From NCBI RefSeq assembly GCF_009914755.1, contig NC_060931.1: a stretch of 64,000 nucleotides of DNA. One strand, written 5' to 3'. Both the position numbers and the translations under genes were made by a program. The notes under the pieces are model-generated. The model saw only the letters and a list, made by a program, of their open reading frames with translations, was not told the DNA's origin and did not search any database. How positions within the stretch are numbered: the stretch's first letter is position 1; the number at the start of each line of letters is the position of its first letter. Source of the DNA: the human T2T-CHM13v2.0 reference genome, Homo sapiens. Positions 16,430 to 28,810 of the stretch are shown here, in pieces.

Positions 16430-16965
16430 GCTAGCCATCACTTTATAGTTGCTTTCCTTTCTCCACTCTTGCTCCTGTCTGCTCCATCAAGCATTCTGTA
16501 GTCAGAGCGATGTTTCTAAATTAATCTTGTTATGCCCTCCTCAAAGACTTCAGTGACTCCTCATGCCTTCAGGATAAAATCCAAGCTGTGGCTTAGAAGG
16601 CTCCAAAGCATTCAGTCATCTTCTCTGAAGGTCATTTTCTGAAACTTTGTACCTTGCCCATGGTGCCTGGCTCTGCTGAACACTATCTCTCTGTCTAGAA
16701 TGACTAACTAACCCCTTCTCATTTTTTGGCTCTCCACTCAGGTGTCACCCTTTCCAGCAGCTTTCTTGACACCCTAGCTGGAATTTGGGACCTCTATTCC
16801 CAGTGTCACTAGCACTCTGTGCACCTATCATAACATCTTTGCCACTCGTCTTGCCTCCTCTGCGAGGCTGAGCTCCTTCTGAGAAGGGCAGTGGCTCCGA
16901 CACTCCTGTTCCCCACCATGAGGCCCAAGACCTGGCACAGAAGGGCCCTCAGCAGTTGTTGAACT
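16430..16965 (+). mobile_element. L2 relic
   Basis: cagagcgatgtttctaaa…caggataaaatccaag…cctggcacagaaggg, an L2 3' pattern. Confidence 0.7.
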
Positions 16966-17665
16966 TAAGGAGGAGGAAGAGTACAGTCCTATTTAGGCCC
17001 CACTTATTTCTATCTTTGCTCAAAACTTGTCCTCTCCTCCCTTCATTCTCAAAATCTCCTAAGCGTTCCCAAGCTGATTTATTTGTCACATGGCCATAAA
17101 ATTACTAATTGGAAATGCTGGTGCCCAATTCATTCTGCTGGCATCTTCCCCGCTTGTCCCATTTCGGTCCCTGGAAATTCCACATTACTAATGAACCACC
17201 ACCCTTTGCAATAAATCTGCAATTCATCAATATGGTCTAATTTTTTAAACATTTCTTTTTTTCCTTGGTGTTGGGTCACTTCAGGCCATTATGAGTGAGA
17301 AATAAAGTGGCTTGTTGAAGCATAATGATTAAAATATGAGACTGTCTTTCTATCTTCACACTCAGACAAGCTTGCTAATTGCAAGGTAAGGTTGGAGCAG
17401 CTTTAAACTTCTTGGCCACATGCAATATTTAGGAAGGAAAATGAATGAATGATTAACTTTTGGTAAAAAAGAGAGGTGGAGGCACATTTCCATTGTTGCA
17501 ATATTGTGAGAGGAAAAAGAAAACTGCAAACCTCTAGTTGGTATAAAGAAAGATTAAACTCTGTTTTACTTGGAAGAATTACAAACTCAAATTGAATTCA
17601 GATATTCACTTGTGTCGTTAATTCAAAGTCATCTTTTGCACTTTACCACACCTCTATTCTGATGA

Positions 17666-18161
17666 CGTATTGGGGTTTGCTTTGCTTTGCTTTGCCTCTC
17701 CCTCCTTAGGCGTGCGGGAGACCCTCCACTGGCCCTCCCAGAATGTCTTTCTCCCTCTCCCTACCCTGCTCTCTGCCCTGAGAAGCTGCCCAGTATGGAC
17801 TGCCTCAACAACTTCTCTTGCTTTGTGAATTCAACAGGAAACACTGGACGAGATGGGAGGCAGGAGAAGAGAGAGGATGGGATGTTTACTGTCACAGCCA
17901 GGCCAAGGTGATGGCTGTGTTTCTCCCTCAAAGGCCATGTCCTGTCTAGCAGCCCCCTGCTATGGACAGAATGGTGGCCAGGCTGTGGAACTGCACCTCA
18001 CCTTGCCCTTTCAGACTGAGGAGTGGTAAAGAACCTCCCGGTTGCCAGCCTTTGTTGGTTTTCTTGAACCCTGTTCTCACCTTGGTATATAATCCCAGCA
18101 TTAAGTTTCCCCAAAATCACCCATTTCAGAGGGCCATTTGTTTCCTGGGACTCTGGCTGAC
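17666..18161 (+). mobile_element. LTR33-like solo LTR (ERVL)
   Basis: ccctgctctctgccctgagaagctg…tatggactgc and the terminal gccatttgtttcctgggactctggctgaca. Confidence 0.65.
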
Positions 18162-18199
18162 ATTCACATCAAAAAATTCAATTCCAGAACACCAAGTAT

Positions 18200-18630
18200 T
18201 TAGAGGTCACTTCCTCCAAGTTCCTCACTTTGCAAAGGAAGAGACTGAAGCTCACAGAGAAATGATGGCTTGCCACCTGCTATGTAGCCGTTGACAGCAT
18301 AGCCAAGACTGGAACCCACAGCACTTGTATTTTCAGACTAGCATTCCTACTTTGGTGCCAAATGGCATGAATCAAATAGTTGAGCTTGCTTATTAATAGC
18401 AACTATTACCACTATTACATTAGTTAGCTTTTACTGAGGGCTTCCTAGGTGGTGGGCATGTGCTAAGTGTATTTGTTTATCATCTTCAGCTCTCCCAACC
18501 ATATGATGCAGTTCCTGCATGTTTGCTGATGTTGTTGATTGGGAAAGTCGAGCTAAATTCTGTGTCCCCAGTCACACAGCTTGGGGTAATGTGTGACAGC
18601 CCAGGATTCCCACCTGGATCTTTCTGACAA
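18200..18630 (-). mobile_element. Two MIR fragments
   Basis: MIR-core-like cactttgcaaaggaagagactgaagctcacagaga and cccagtcacacagc…ggattcc. Confidence 0.55.
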
Positions 18631-20211
18631 GAAAGTCATGTTTAGACCACCCTGTAAGGTACCTTTGGCCAAGACCCATGATGTGTGCTGAATCTGAAAC
18701 CAAATAATATCTAAGAGGCCAGAATAAAGGTCAAATGATGTTTAGGCCAAGAGAGCTGCCGTGAGCATGGAAAGGTTGTGGGGCCGTGTGGTCAGCTGGC
18801 AAGTGTGGAGTTGGTTCCTATGCTTCTTTCACCATTTAGTGGCTCGCCCCGGTGAAAATGGCAGTTCCAATGGGATGGACCGCACCAGAAAGTTTACCCT
18901 CGTCAGGCAGAAGCCCCTGAGAAAACGGGGGCTGACAGAAGCCCCTGGGAGATGCTCAGGGAGTGGCCCAAGGTTGGGAGCCAAGCTGGAGTCCAGAGTC
19001 AGAACCGGGAAACCGTCCCGATCATGGGAACCAGGGATCTGGGAAGCACTTGGACATGATTCCACCAAAAGCTGTCTCTTTCACTCAAGGAATCTTAAAG
19101 AATTACACACAGACACTGTCCATAGCTATTTTCCACATGATTAAATCAGTATTTGCTTAATAAAGAAAATCTGGTAGAAATGAGGAAGTGGAGAAAAGAA
19201 AAGAAACTTTTTCAGCTCAGGAATGTCACCATGTTTGCCACAAGAGCCCATGGTTTGGGACATTCGTGTCTGGCGGGGAAAGGGGGATATCCCGGATGCA
19301 GGGTGTGGCAGAGAAGCTACGAGGGAGTGCACTGCCAAGTCCCTTCTGGGCCCCACACCTGGGCCTGCTGCCCTGTGGCTCCCCAAGGACTCCAGAAGCA
19401 GCAGGGAATGGGACACTCAGGATCTGTGCCACCTTCAGCAAGCCATGCCTCTTTTCTGAGCTTCAGTTTCTGTATCTGTAAGAGGAGCATGGTCAGCTCT
19501 GCCTGTGCAGGTCTCGCCATCTCACAGCGCCCTGTCCTCCAGCTGCATTTTTGCTGGAAAGCATGGCCCAGCTAGGGAATCCCGCTCCCCTCTCACTGCT
19601 CACCAGGGCTCCCCTCATCTCATCTTTACCCAATTCCCCTGGCCGGGACCTCCCACCCACCATGGAAAGCTGCAGCCCTGGTCGGACCCATGGATCCTGG
19701 GTTTTCTGGTGGTCACCTTCCTAAGTCAGATTCCGATGCTGCCTTCTTCGCGAGGCTTCTTGTGTGGATTCTCTTAGTGTCAATCCGCGGTGCCAGGGGA
19801 TGTTTAGATTAGGTCATGCGCCTACTCCCAGGAAGCTGCATGTGTCCTCACTGGTTCACTAAAAACATATTTCTTAGAAGTGAGGCCTTACTGCTCAGCT
19901 GCCCTAAAAACACAAGCAGGATGAGATCACCCACAGGACCCCAGTCCTGGCTAAATGCTGATGTAGTCCCTCCTGGGGGACAGGGGTGCAGCTGTGATCC
20001 TCAAGTGAGGAACTCAAGCTTCTGCGAGGTCCCTGGTTCTAGAATGTCAGTAGTAGAGACCCTGCTTCCCCCAGCCAGACACACCTTTGATACACAGGCC
20101 CACTTCGAGCCCATAAGACAATGCTCGGGACAGGAGCCCTTCCCGACCCTAGCTCTGGTGAATGAAAAGGAGGTGGGCATTTCCTTTCCACTACTTTAAA
20201 AATGCTTCGTG

Positions 20212-20513
20212 GGCTGGGCACGATTACACACCTGTAATCCCAGCACTCTGGGAGGCCGAGGTGGGTGGATCACTTGAGCTCAGGAGTTCCAGACCAACCT
20301 GGGAAACGTAGTGAGACGTTGTCTTTACAAAAAATATAAAAATTAGCTGGGCATGGTGGCACATGCCTGTGGTCCTAGCTACTTGGGAGGTTGAAGTGGG
20401 AAGATCTCTTGATCTCGGGAGGTGGAGGTTGAAATGAGCCAAGACTGCGCCACTGCACTCCAGCCTGGGCTACAGGGCAAGACACTGTCTCAAAAAAACA
20501 AAAACAAAAACAA
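20212..20513 (+). mobile_element. AluJ
   Basis: Full dimer with a (CAAAAA)n tail. TSD aaaaatgc(t/c)tcgtg at 20198-20211 and 20514-20527. Confidence 0.93.
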
Positions 20514-20836
20514 AAAAATGCCTCGTGCCTCTGTCTCCTGAGACAGAAACACTTCCTGGGGTACCATGAGGGGAGAGTGAGATTTGGGGCCACACCAGTG
20601 TGAGGGGAACACAGCTGTGTGACCACGGACAAGTCACTACATGTCTTGGGGCCTCTTGCTCAGCTATAAAATGGGGAAAGCAGATGTTAGGAGACCACGT
20701 ATGTGAGCGCGTGGACCAGTGTCTTGGCATTGTCCCAGGAATGGCTTGTGAACTCCACTTGGCTGAATCACCAGAACTTTTAGGAATCCCAGTTGTCTGG
20801 CCTGTTGAGGTTAACTACTCATGTGGTTCTGATTTA

Positions 20837-21004
<168 letters not shown>

Positions 21005-22514
21005 TCAGAAGAGGAGAAGGAGAAGAAGAGGTGGCTCCTGCTACCTGCCCTCTTGCCCTAGTATGGACAAGGATGCCACACAGGCAGGTAGACCCTCAGG
21101 GCAGGAAGGAGTTGTAAAATTCCACTGTTCTCAGCACTTGGAAAACAAGCCTTCAGTGAGCAGCCACTCGGCCTTTGGTCTTGCTTTGCTCTGTCATCCA
21201 GGATCTAGCCAGCCACAGGGCAATCTGGGGTGGTGAATGTCCTGCCTACATCACAGCTTGGGGACAGGAGCTCTTCACGGCAGGCTCGTTTGCTGTAGGA
21301 CATGCACTATTCGGGATGAAAACTCTGATGGGATTTCCAGGCCAGAGCCTTTCTGGCGCACCCGTGACTCTCCCTCCATGCTGTGGGTGTCCTGGAGGTC
21401 CAGCGGCCTCACTGCTCACAGGTCCTTCCGAGCTGCTTGTCTGCTCCCTCACTCTGAGCGCCCACCTCACGGCTCCTGATGCTCTCCTTGCTTTCAGCCT
21501 CCCTGCCCAGGCCTGGAGTTTGGCCTGCTGTGCCCTTTGACTGGACACCCGCCAATGACTCCACTCTCCCGCCCTGGCCACCCCCCTTCACTGCAATTTG
21601 GAGTCTGTCCAGGTCCTCTGAGATACCTCATATGAGGGCTCTGTTTCTCCCCACAATCGGGCATGTGCTCATTAGTCATGGGATGAGTGGGTCATTTCGG
21701 AGCTTTCTACCTGAGGCAGGGGCTGTGGGGTTGATCCATTTCACTGCCTCAAGGCTTGGCAAGGCATGGGGAGGGCCACTGCTGGGCCGACCCACCTGGG
21801 CTTTGGTCAAGAGGGTGAGCGGCAGCCTGGGGATGCAGCTTCTCCCGCAGTCCCCCGTAGAGGCATGGGAGCAGCTGCATGATGACAACCTGTGCCAGGA
21901 AACTCCTTTTCAAGCTGACTTCTTAGGAATGAGGTGCTGTTCTAGAAATCCACAACAGAGACCAAACTGCCACTGCCCTGGCCACGGGGTCCAGCTGCAG
22001 ATTAGGAAATGGGCGTAGTGCAGGAAAATAGAAAAATCAGTCCCCGCCTTCCTTAGTAATGACGCTGTCAGATGGGAGGAAGGAGCCTTGACTTCCTGAG
22101 CCCATCAGAGGCTCTGGGACAGGACTGGGGTGGGGATGCTCGACTTGGAGCCCTTCTTGTACATCCTCTTTGAACCCTTCTCAGCCTCCTGGAACCCTGG
22201 CAGTTGGTCCCTGGCACTTTGGTCCTTCTGCTGAGTTCTGACAGCCCAAGGCCATCTTCTGTCTGACCCTTCCCTGTTCTGGTGCCGCACATCCGCCTTC
22301 CCCTCCACTCACATCGTGCCAGGCCCCATGGTCTGGAACCGTCTGCCCTCTGCTCCATCAGAATCTGCCTCAGGTCATGTTGCAGCCTGCTCAGTTCCCT
22401 TCATAAAACACATATAGTGCTAGCACTGTGTTCCTAGGCCTAAAGGCCCCACGTGAGTGAGACCTGGCCCCAGAGTGCCAAGTCACAGAAGCCCGTGGAT
22501 TCTAGTGTGCAGTG

Positions 22515-22555
22515 GCCACAGCAACCTGAGGTGCCACAGCAACCTGAGGTGCCAC
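22515..22555. repeat. 18-bp tandem duplication (gccacagcaacctgaggt) x2.3
   Basis: Two perfect adjacent copies plus gccac. Confidence 0.95.
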
Positions 22556-23677
22556 CTTCCACAGGGCAGCGGCATGAGGATGCCTGGTCTCCCATGGGAC
22601 GTGGCTGGGCTTTGGAGGATGAATAGGAGTTCTAGTGCAAAGCATGGAAGAGTCCACATGGTGTGTCTGGGGAAACACACATAGCTCGGTGTTTTCCAAG
22701 TTGAGTGGAGAGGCACCAACTGAAGCCACAGTCTTGCCACCAACTCACCGCATGCCTTGCTAGCCCTTTGCTTTCCTGGGCGGGTCTCTCCATCAGGGCT
22801 GGCCCACCACACAGTCTGCAGTGTGGGGTACCCAGATGCCAGGGGAGGAAGCAGGGGGTCTGTGTGTAAGGGTGGGGCTTGGGCAGAAGCCACCGACCCT
22901 GTCCTCAGGAGACCCAGAGAGCCCCTGCTAAGGACATGGGTGGGACAGCAATGCATGGACAGCAACGGGCTGAGAATTTCACCTTTGTACCTCACTTATG
23001 CTCCTCAAGGTCTCTGCATCTATATGAAGGGTCTGGAAATTGAGTGCAACCACTGTAACACATGGCTTTTTCCTTTAGGAATGAGAGTGGGCTCCAGCCA
23101 GCCCTGCAGGAGCTACTTCCCCCTGTTCTTACTTAACCAGAGCCCCGGTTGGGCGCTTGGCCTAATCACTCATGAGCAGGAGCCAAGTTCATCACTTCCT
23201 GACTCTTCAGCTTTGAACACCTTTGCATCTTCAGTGAAACTTCTGGATTTCCAGGTGACAATCTCCATCCTGGGCCTGTCTCAGTGGTGGAAATAACATG
23301 GCACGGAATCACCCTGCGTTCCCCCAGGAGCACACCCCTGAAAGGTCCTGGCATGTGTTCCCGGCCTCTGGACATTTTCAGGTATTGCTCCTCTGCCTGG
23401 CTGGCTGCCACTGCTCTTTCACCCTGCTGAGAATGACTGGACTCTTCCACACTCATCAGCTCACAGCTTCTGCCCAGCCCCTCCTCTGGAAGAATTCCCT
23501 GCCTCTCCCCTGTGTCTCCCCTCTCTTGGGACACCAGGCTCACTCACCGTGATTGGCCAATGCCATGTGGCCCCTCTACTAGTGGGCTTATTGGAAGGCA
23601 GAGACTAAATTAATTTGTAATTTCCCCCTAGCACTCATCACAGGGTCTGGCTTAGAGAAGCTCTCTTAGTGTTGGTT

Positions 23678-23821
23678 GGAAGAAAAGACAAAAGGAAGGA
23701 AGGAGGGAAGGAAGGGAGGAGGAACAGAAGGGAAGAAGGGAAGGTGGAAAGAAGGGAAAGAGAGGAAGCAAAGGAGGGAGAGGAAGGAAGACAGAGAAAG
23801 GAAGGAAGGAAAGGAAGGAGA
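23678..23821 (+). repeat. GA-rich polypurine low-complexity tract
   Basis: About 145 nt of almost only G and A, built from GGAA/GAA units. Confidence 0.9.
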
Positions 23822-26800
23822 CCTTTGGTGACAACGGAAAGGCAAGGTTGCTTCAGTCCCTGAAGCACTTTACCCCAAGGCTGCGGGTGGCCCTCCCACT
23901 GGGACATCCCCATCAGGTCCACATCTCTTATTTGGATCCTGCTGGCTGCTGGCATCACCATCAGGCCAGGGCCCAGTGCCTGCCTCCTGGCACTGGACTA
24001 CAGAGAAGGGGGTGGTGACGTTGGCCCTGGCTCCCATTTGTAGGACCTGGTGCCATAGATGTCCCGTGGAGAGCTCCATGGCACCTGTTAGGAGATGGGT
24101 GGCAGAGGGAGGCTTTGCTATGCTTGATGTTCAGCCCCTTGGGAGGTGCCTCTGGGAGCTGAGGAGGATCTGCCTGAGAACAGCACACCAAAGACAACTG
24201 CAGCCCCAGCCTCCATGCCCTGTCAGGGCCAGCGGTACAGCCTGGTGCCTCAGACTGCTGGAAACCTCCCATCTGCCCCGTCCCCTTCCTTCCCAATCAA
24301 GCAAGTGGACACCACACCCTGCCACACGCAGACAGGGCTCAGCCTCCCCTCATTTCCTAGATAGCCACTGTCCAAATCCCGCATGCTGTCCCCTGCCTGG
24401 ATCTTCCCAGCCCTCCCTCCTGCCTCCCAGAAGCCAGTCCAGTCCCCTCCCCGGTTACAGTATGGTTCTTTGTGATAGGAAAAAATAAAATTCTTAAGAG
24501 TAAGAAAAGCATCCATAGATCTCCACTCCAATAAAGCCCATTAGTCTGGGGCAAAAGCTGGGATCAGTCAGTGCTCTAAATCCAAGTCCACAGGAGCAGG
24601 CACACCTGTGCCCAGATGCCACATCCCCACATAGTACATCAAACGAGGAGCAACCATGGCTGCAACCCAATCTGCGGAGGTGTTTGGGCCCTGGAAAGCT
24701 CCCTTACACAGCACAGGAGTCAGGAAGATGTGGGGAGTGAAGCAGGGAAGGGCAGCCTTCTTGGATGCCCCTCTTCCCTCCCTGTCCTTGCTCTCCCCGT
24801 GCCGCCATCCCGGAGGAAGCTTCCCGATTTGTTAGATTTCAGAACTGCACTCTGGTGATGTCGCTGTGTGTCGAAAGGCTCCTGAAACAAGTGAGTGGGA
24901 GCTGCCACGGGACCTGTCCAGGGCCAACTTGGCGTCATGCACTCAGTCTGCCTCCTCCCCTCGTCCCCCACAGGGTCGAGATAAGAAGGGGTGAACACAG
25001 CGGTGGACTTGCGGGCTGGGAGGACGGCCCTGCTGGGCTTTGGGTTCGGTGGTCGTATTGGTCTTTCTCTTTGCCCCTTTTCTTTTCTTTCTCCCTTGTT
25101 AACTGATGTGATGACACTTTTGTTCCTTTTAAGTTCCAAACCAGTTGAGAAATCTGACGCTGAAGTCAGGATGATAAAGGTCAGCTTGCCCCATGGCTCA
25201 GCACTGGGTCCCCTATCGCTCCCCGACTCCTCACCTGAGCACGGTGAGCTGCCCTCAGTGAGCTCGGGTCTGGGAAGCCACACTGTTAGGACGGTGACAA
25301 GAGAGGCCATGGAGTGGAAGCAGCAGACGCCTGATGGCTGCGGGAGATGCCCGTGGAGATGGGGGAGCTGCTTCCTCCTTCCTCCTGCCTGAATGGCCAC
25401 CAAGGAAGGCCGTCCCCGCTGGTGCGGGCAGTGGGGCAGGGTGCAACTACTGCTCAGGCGAGGCACTGCGAGTTGGCCGGGCATGCGAGGGAGAGATTCT
25501 GTAGGTAACTAAAATTTGAGATCAGGAGCTTCAGTGAAAAGCTGCCCAGGGCTAAGTGTGGGGACTGTCAGCACAGAAAGGATAGTCTGACGCTACGCAG
25601 AGATGCCTAGAGCAGGAGGACATTACAGCACCAGTGTCCAAGAGGCAGTGTGGGATTCTCAGGCAGACTGCACATGCACCCGCCCTGTCTAGACCAGGGC
25701 AGGAGGCATGATCCAGGTCCTGCCTCAGGACAATCAGCAGGTTTCGGAAACTAGACCCATTGGGGAGGTTCTCCACAGCCTGGTGGGAGGCCTGGAAGGA
25801 CCCACGTGTGCTCCCTTCTGGGTGTAATGTGTAATATAGAGGCAGGGAGAAAATGTGAAGTCCGGGCCAGGCCAGATTCCCCCTGCTGCTTCCCCTCGGA
25901 TATTCACCCTTTCATTGAACATTTACTGAATACCTCACCTGAGCCAGACAATAAAAATACCATAGGATTTATGACCTAAACTGGGACATTTTGGGAAGGA
26001 GAGAATGCCAGTAATAACATGCTGGGATAACCAACATGACCAGGCCTTTTCCTGGGAACTTGGCCTGGAAAGTTCAGAGCTGCATGCTGCCCCGGCTCCT
26101 GGCTATAATCAGAAAGGCAGGTGTGAGCCCCAGATGGGAAGATAACGTGGGGGTCAGGCAGAGGGAACAGAGGCAGACGTGGGCGCAGAGGGAGCAGCAA
26201 GGAGGGCTTGACCTTGACTGTGACGGAGACACACAGAGGACTGCGTCTCGAGGACAGGGTTGGCACTTCTGGTCTATGCGAGTGGGCAGGGGTGGTGCTG
26301 ACATCTCTGGCATGTTAATGCGACGGGGGCACAGAGGAGCTCCCGGGTGCATTCAGGAACTTGGTGGTGGCTTGATGTTGATACGGGACATGGGGGGGGG
26401 GGGCCGGGGACGTGGGATGCGGGTAGTGTCTGTGTGTGTAGGCAGTGTGGATCTAGGCACTAAGAGTCCTGTAGGTGAGTGGTTTAGACTTAACTCTGTA
26501 GGCAATCCAGAGTCACAGAAGCATGTTTCAACACTAAGAACATCACTGAGGTACTTAATCGTCTGGACCTTCAGTGTGCTCATCTGGAAGATGTTGCCTT
26601 CATACCACCTGGGCTCACTGAGAAGATGAACCAAGAATAATCATGAAACACTCTGCAAAAAGACCAAAGTAAGGCCAGAGGCTGTCATTATTCCATATTC
26701 CACACTTCAAAACCCAGGCTTCTGCGCAGCTTGCAGCTTGAGATACAGAAGGCAAGACAATTTCAAAAGTAGATTTAGCCTAAAGTGGGTCCCCTCCCCT

Positions 26801-27029
26801 CACAAGGAAAATGAACTAGGGAGGTGGGCACCCTCTCGTCCTTCCCGAGGCCCACCTCTGGGCCCCTTCTGTCTGCTGCCCCCTTGGTCTGGCCAGGGAG
26901 CAGGGCTGCTCTGAGAAGGGGAACACCATGCAGTATGTGAAGACCAGGGGCACAGGCCAGCAACATTGTATCTGCTCGACCTCCCATTCCTGACAATGGC
27001 CTCCTTGTGCCCCTAACACCCAGGCAGCG

Positions 27030-27388
27030 TCCTGCCCCCAGGGCCTTTGCACTCACTCTTCTCGCTGCCAGTCATGCGTCCATCCGGAGTTTGCTCCCTC
27101 ACTTCCTTCAGGTTTTTACTCAACGGTCACCTTCTCACTGGGCCTTTCTTCATCCCCGTCTCCTTTGTCCCACTTTCCCGATGGTTTTTCTTCTTTACAC
27201 TTATCAGCGCCTAAATGTACTCAACATTTTGCTAACTTATATCACATCTATGGTCTGTCTCCTCCATAGTAACATAACATGAATTTCACAAGTGTGGGGA
27301 TTTTTGCCTGTTTGTCAGCTGCATGTAACCCAGGGAATGGAGGAGTGCAGGAGGGAGCCAGAAACCTGTGTTGGTTGAATAACTGAAT
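27030..27388 (+). mobile_element. L2 3' end
   Basis: cagggcctttgcact…tccctcacttccttcagg…tgttggttgaataactgaat. Confidence 0.8.
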
Positions 27389-27453
27389 CCGTCCTTCCCA
27401 TTTTGGAAGAGGGGTATCCAAACCAACTGTAGTACGAAATTCACACAACAGCT

Positions 27454-28792
27454 AAGATTTGATTTTCTTTTATTTGTGGCACTAAAAGACAGATAGCTGT
27501 GATGAAGAGCAATTGGCTGGTAGCTCGTGCCTCACCAAGAGTTTAGCAACGTTAATCAGTGAATGCAGAACAGCTTCCATTCTACCTGAGGCCTAGATCT
27601 GAGATCGCTGTGAAACATTAAAGTGACCTCACCATACTTGTTTTCTCACTCAGATACACATTTTATTTCATCAACACATCTTGATTTCTATTACTTTTTT
27701 CAATATAACAAAATGTTTTAGAGATATATATGAAAAACTACTGCTGTAGTTAGACCTCATTATAAATATTGGTGACTGGGCACCATGTGAGAAGACCACG
27801 ATATCATACAAAGGGAGCCAATGAGCTGTTGGACAAACGCGTCAAGGCTGAACCAAAATTGTGACGCTCTCAGCGCAACTTTGATCTGAACTCTTGACAG
27901 GTGGGCATCCAACATCCCTGCTCCTTGACCCTCTGCAGGATTCCAGAAGGCTCCCAGTGAAGTCATCAGGCTCCGTACACAGGCACCGTGGGGGAGGCCT
28001 ATGTCACTTCATAGCCTGGGGAATGGCTGTCCATGTGGGGCACTGCCCATCCACTCCAGTGGTGGTGTGACCTCAGCCACCCGCCACCCTTGCAGGACTC
28101 GGGCATGCCCTGGCCACATGATCACGTAGGACTGTTTTCTGGGTGGTAATAGTTGATTTTTAAAAGCTTAGTTGGTCAGATCATGGACTGTGACCCTCTG
28201 TGAAGTGTTAGCCCCAAATATTTGAGGAAGAAGAATCCAGCAGTTTTACTACCTAACAAAGCCACCTTTGAAAAGCCTCCCAATTTTTTTTTCTTACTAC
28301 CAAAACACACAGCATCATGGAGCATATCACATTCAGATTGTTCCATCTGATTCATATGTTTTTTCTAAAATTCAAAAGATCTTAAATCAGTAAGTAGTTT
28401 CATCCATCTGTATGTGGTAAAAGTCTCAAAGGTCCAAAATCAGTCTAAGGCATGATTCTTTTTACTTTGCCCATAAATATAATTAAGTGTGAGTGCTGGG
28501 CTCCAGCATTTATAGTCCCATTAACCTGCCAACAAGAATCGTTTATTAGCAACTTAAGATATTCAGAGGCAAAACACATTTCCTTGGCACACGAGCTGCG
28601 CAGCGACACAGCATCTTCTCCTTTCCTTTCAAGCCGTTATACAGGAACACACCGAAAATCAACTGTGCGCATTTTGGCCTGTAGACAAGAAAGTAACACC
28701 AAAACTTGATGTTCCTGGCTATGCAGACTCCTTGAGTGACGCCTGTGGGCATATTACAGGTGGGTTTCTGCAATTCTCTGGCCTCTGTTCAT
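27454..28792 (-). other. COBL: COBL 3' UTR (~1.3 kb)
   Basis: Repeat-free sequence between the stop codon and the distal AATAAA. The 3' end is estimated at about 15-20 nt past the signal. Confidence 0.8.
27469..27474 (-). terminator. Distal polyadenylation signal AATAAA of COBL
   Basis: tttatt on +. On the minus strand it is followed by GU-rich sequence (ctgttgtgtg), and an L2 relic begins shortly beyond. Confidence 0.8.
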
Positions 28793-28810
28793 TCACACGA
28801 GCAAGGGCAC
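28793..28810 (-). CDS. COBL: COBL last exon, coding part: VPLLV-stop
   Basis: Strong acceptor tctctcttccctgcag|GTG CCC TTG CTC GTG TGA. It completes the LRKV motif and the known C-terminus. Confidence 0.93.
   Translation of the reverse strand: MPLLV

Noticed and set aside
28584-28590. Single miR-96-type seed match (GTGCCAA) in the COBL 3' UTR
   Set aside because: One 7-mer without conservation data is not evidence of targeting.
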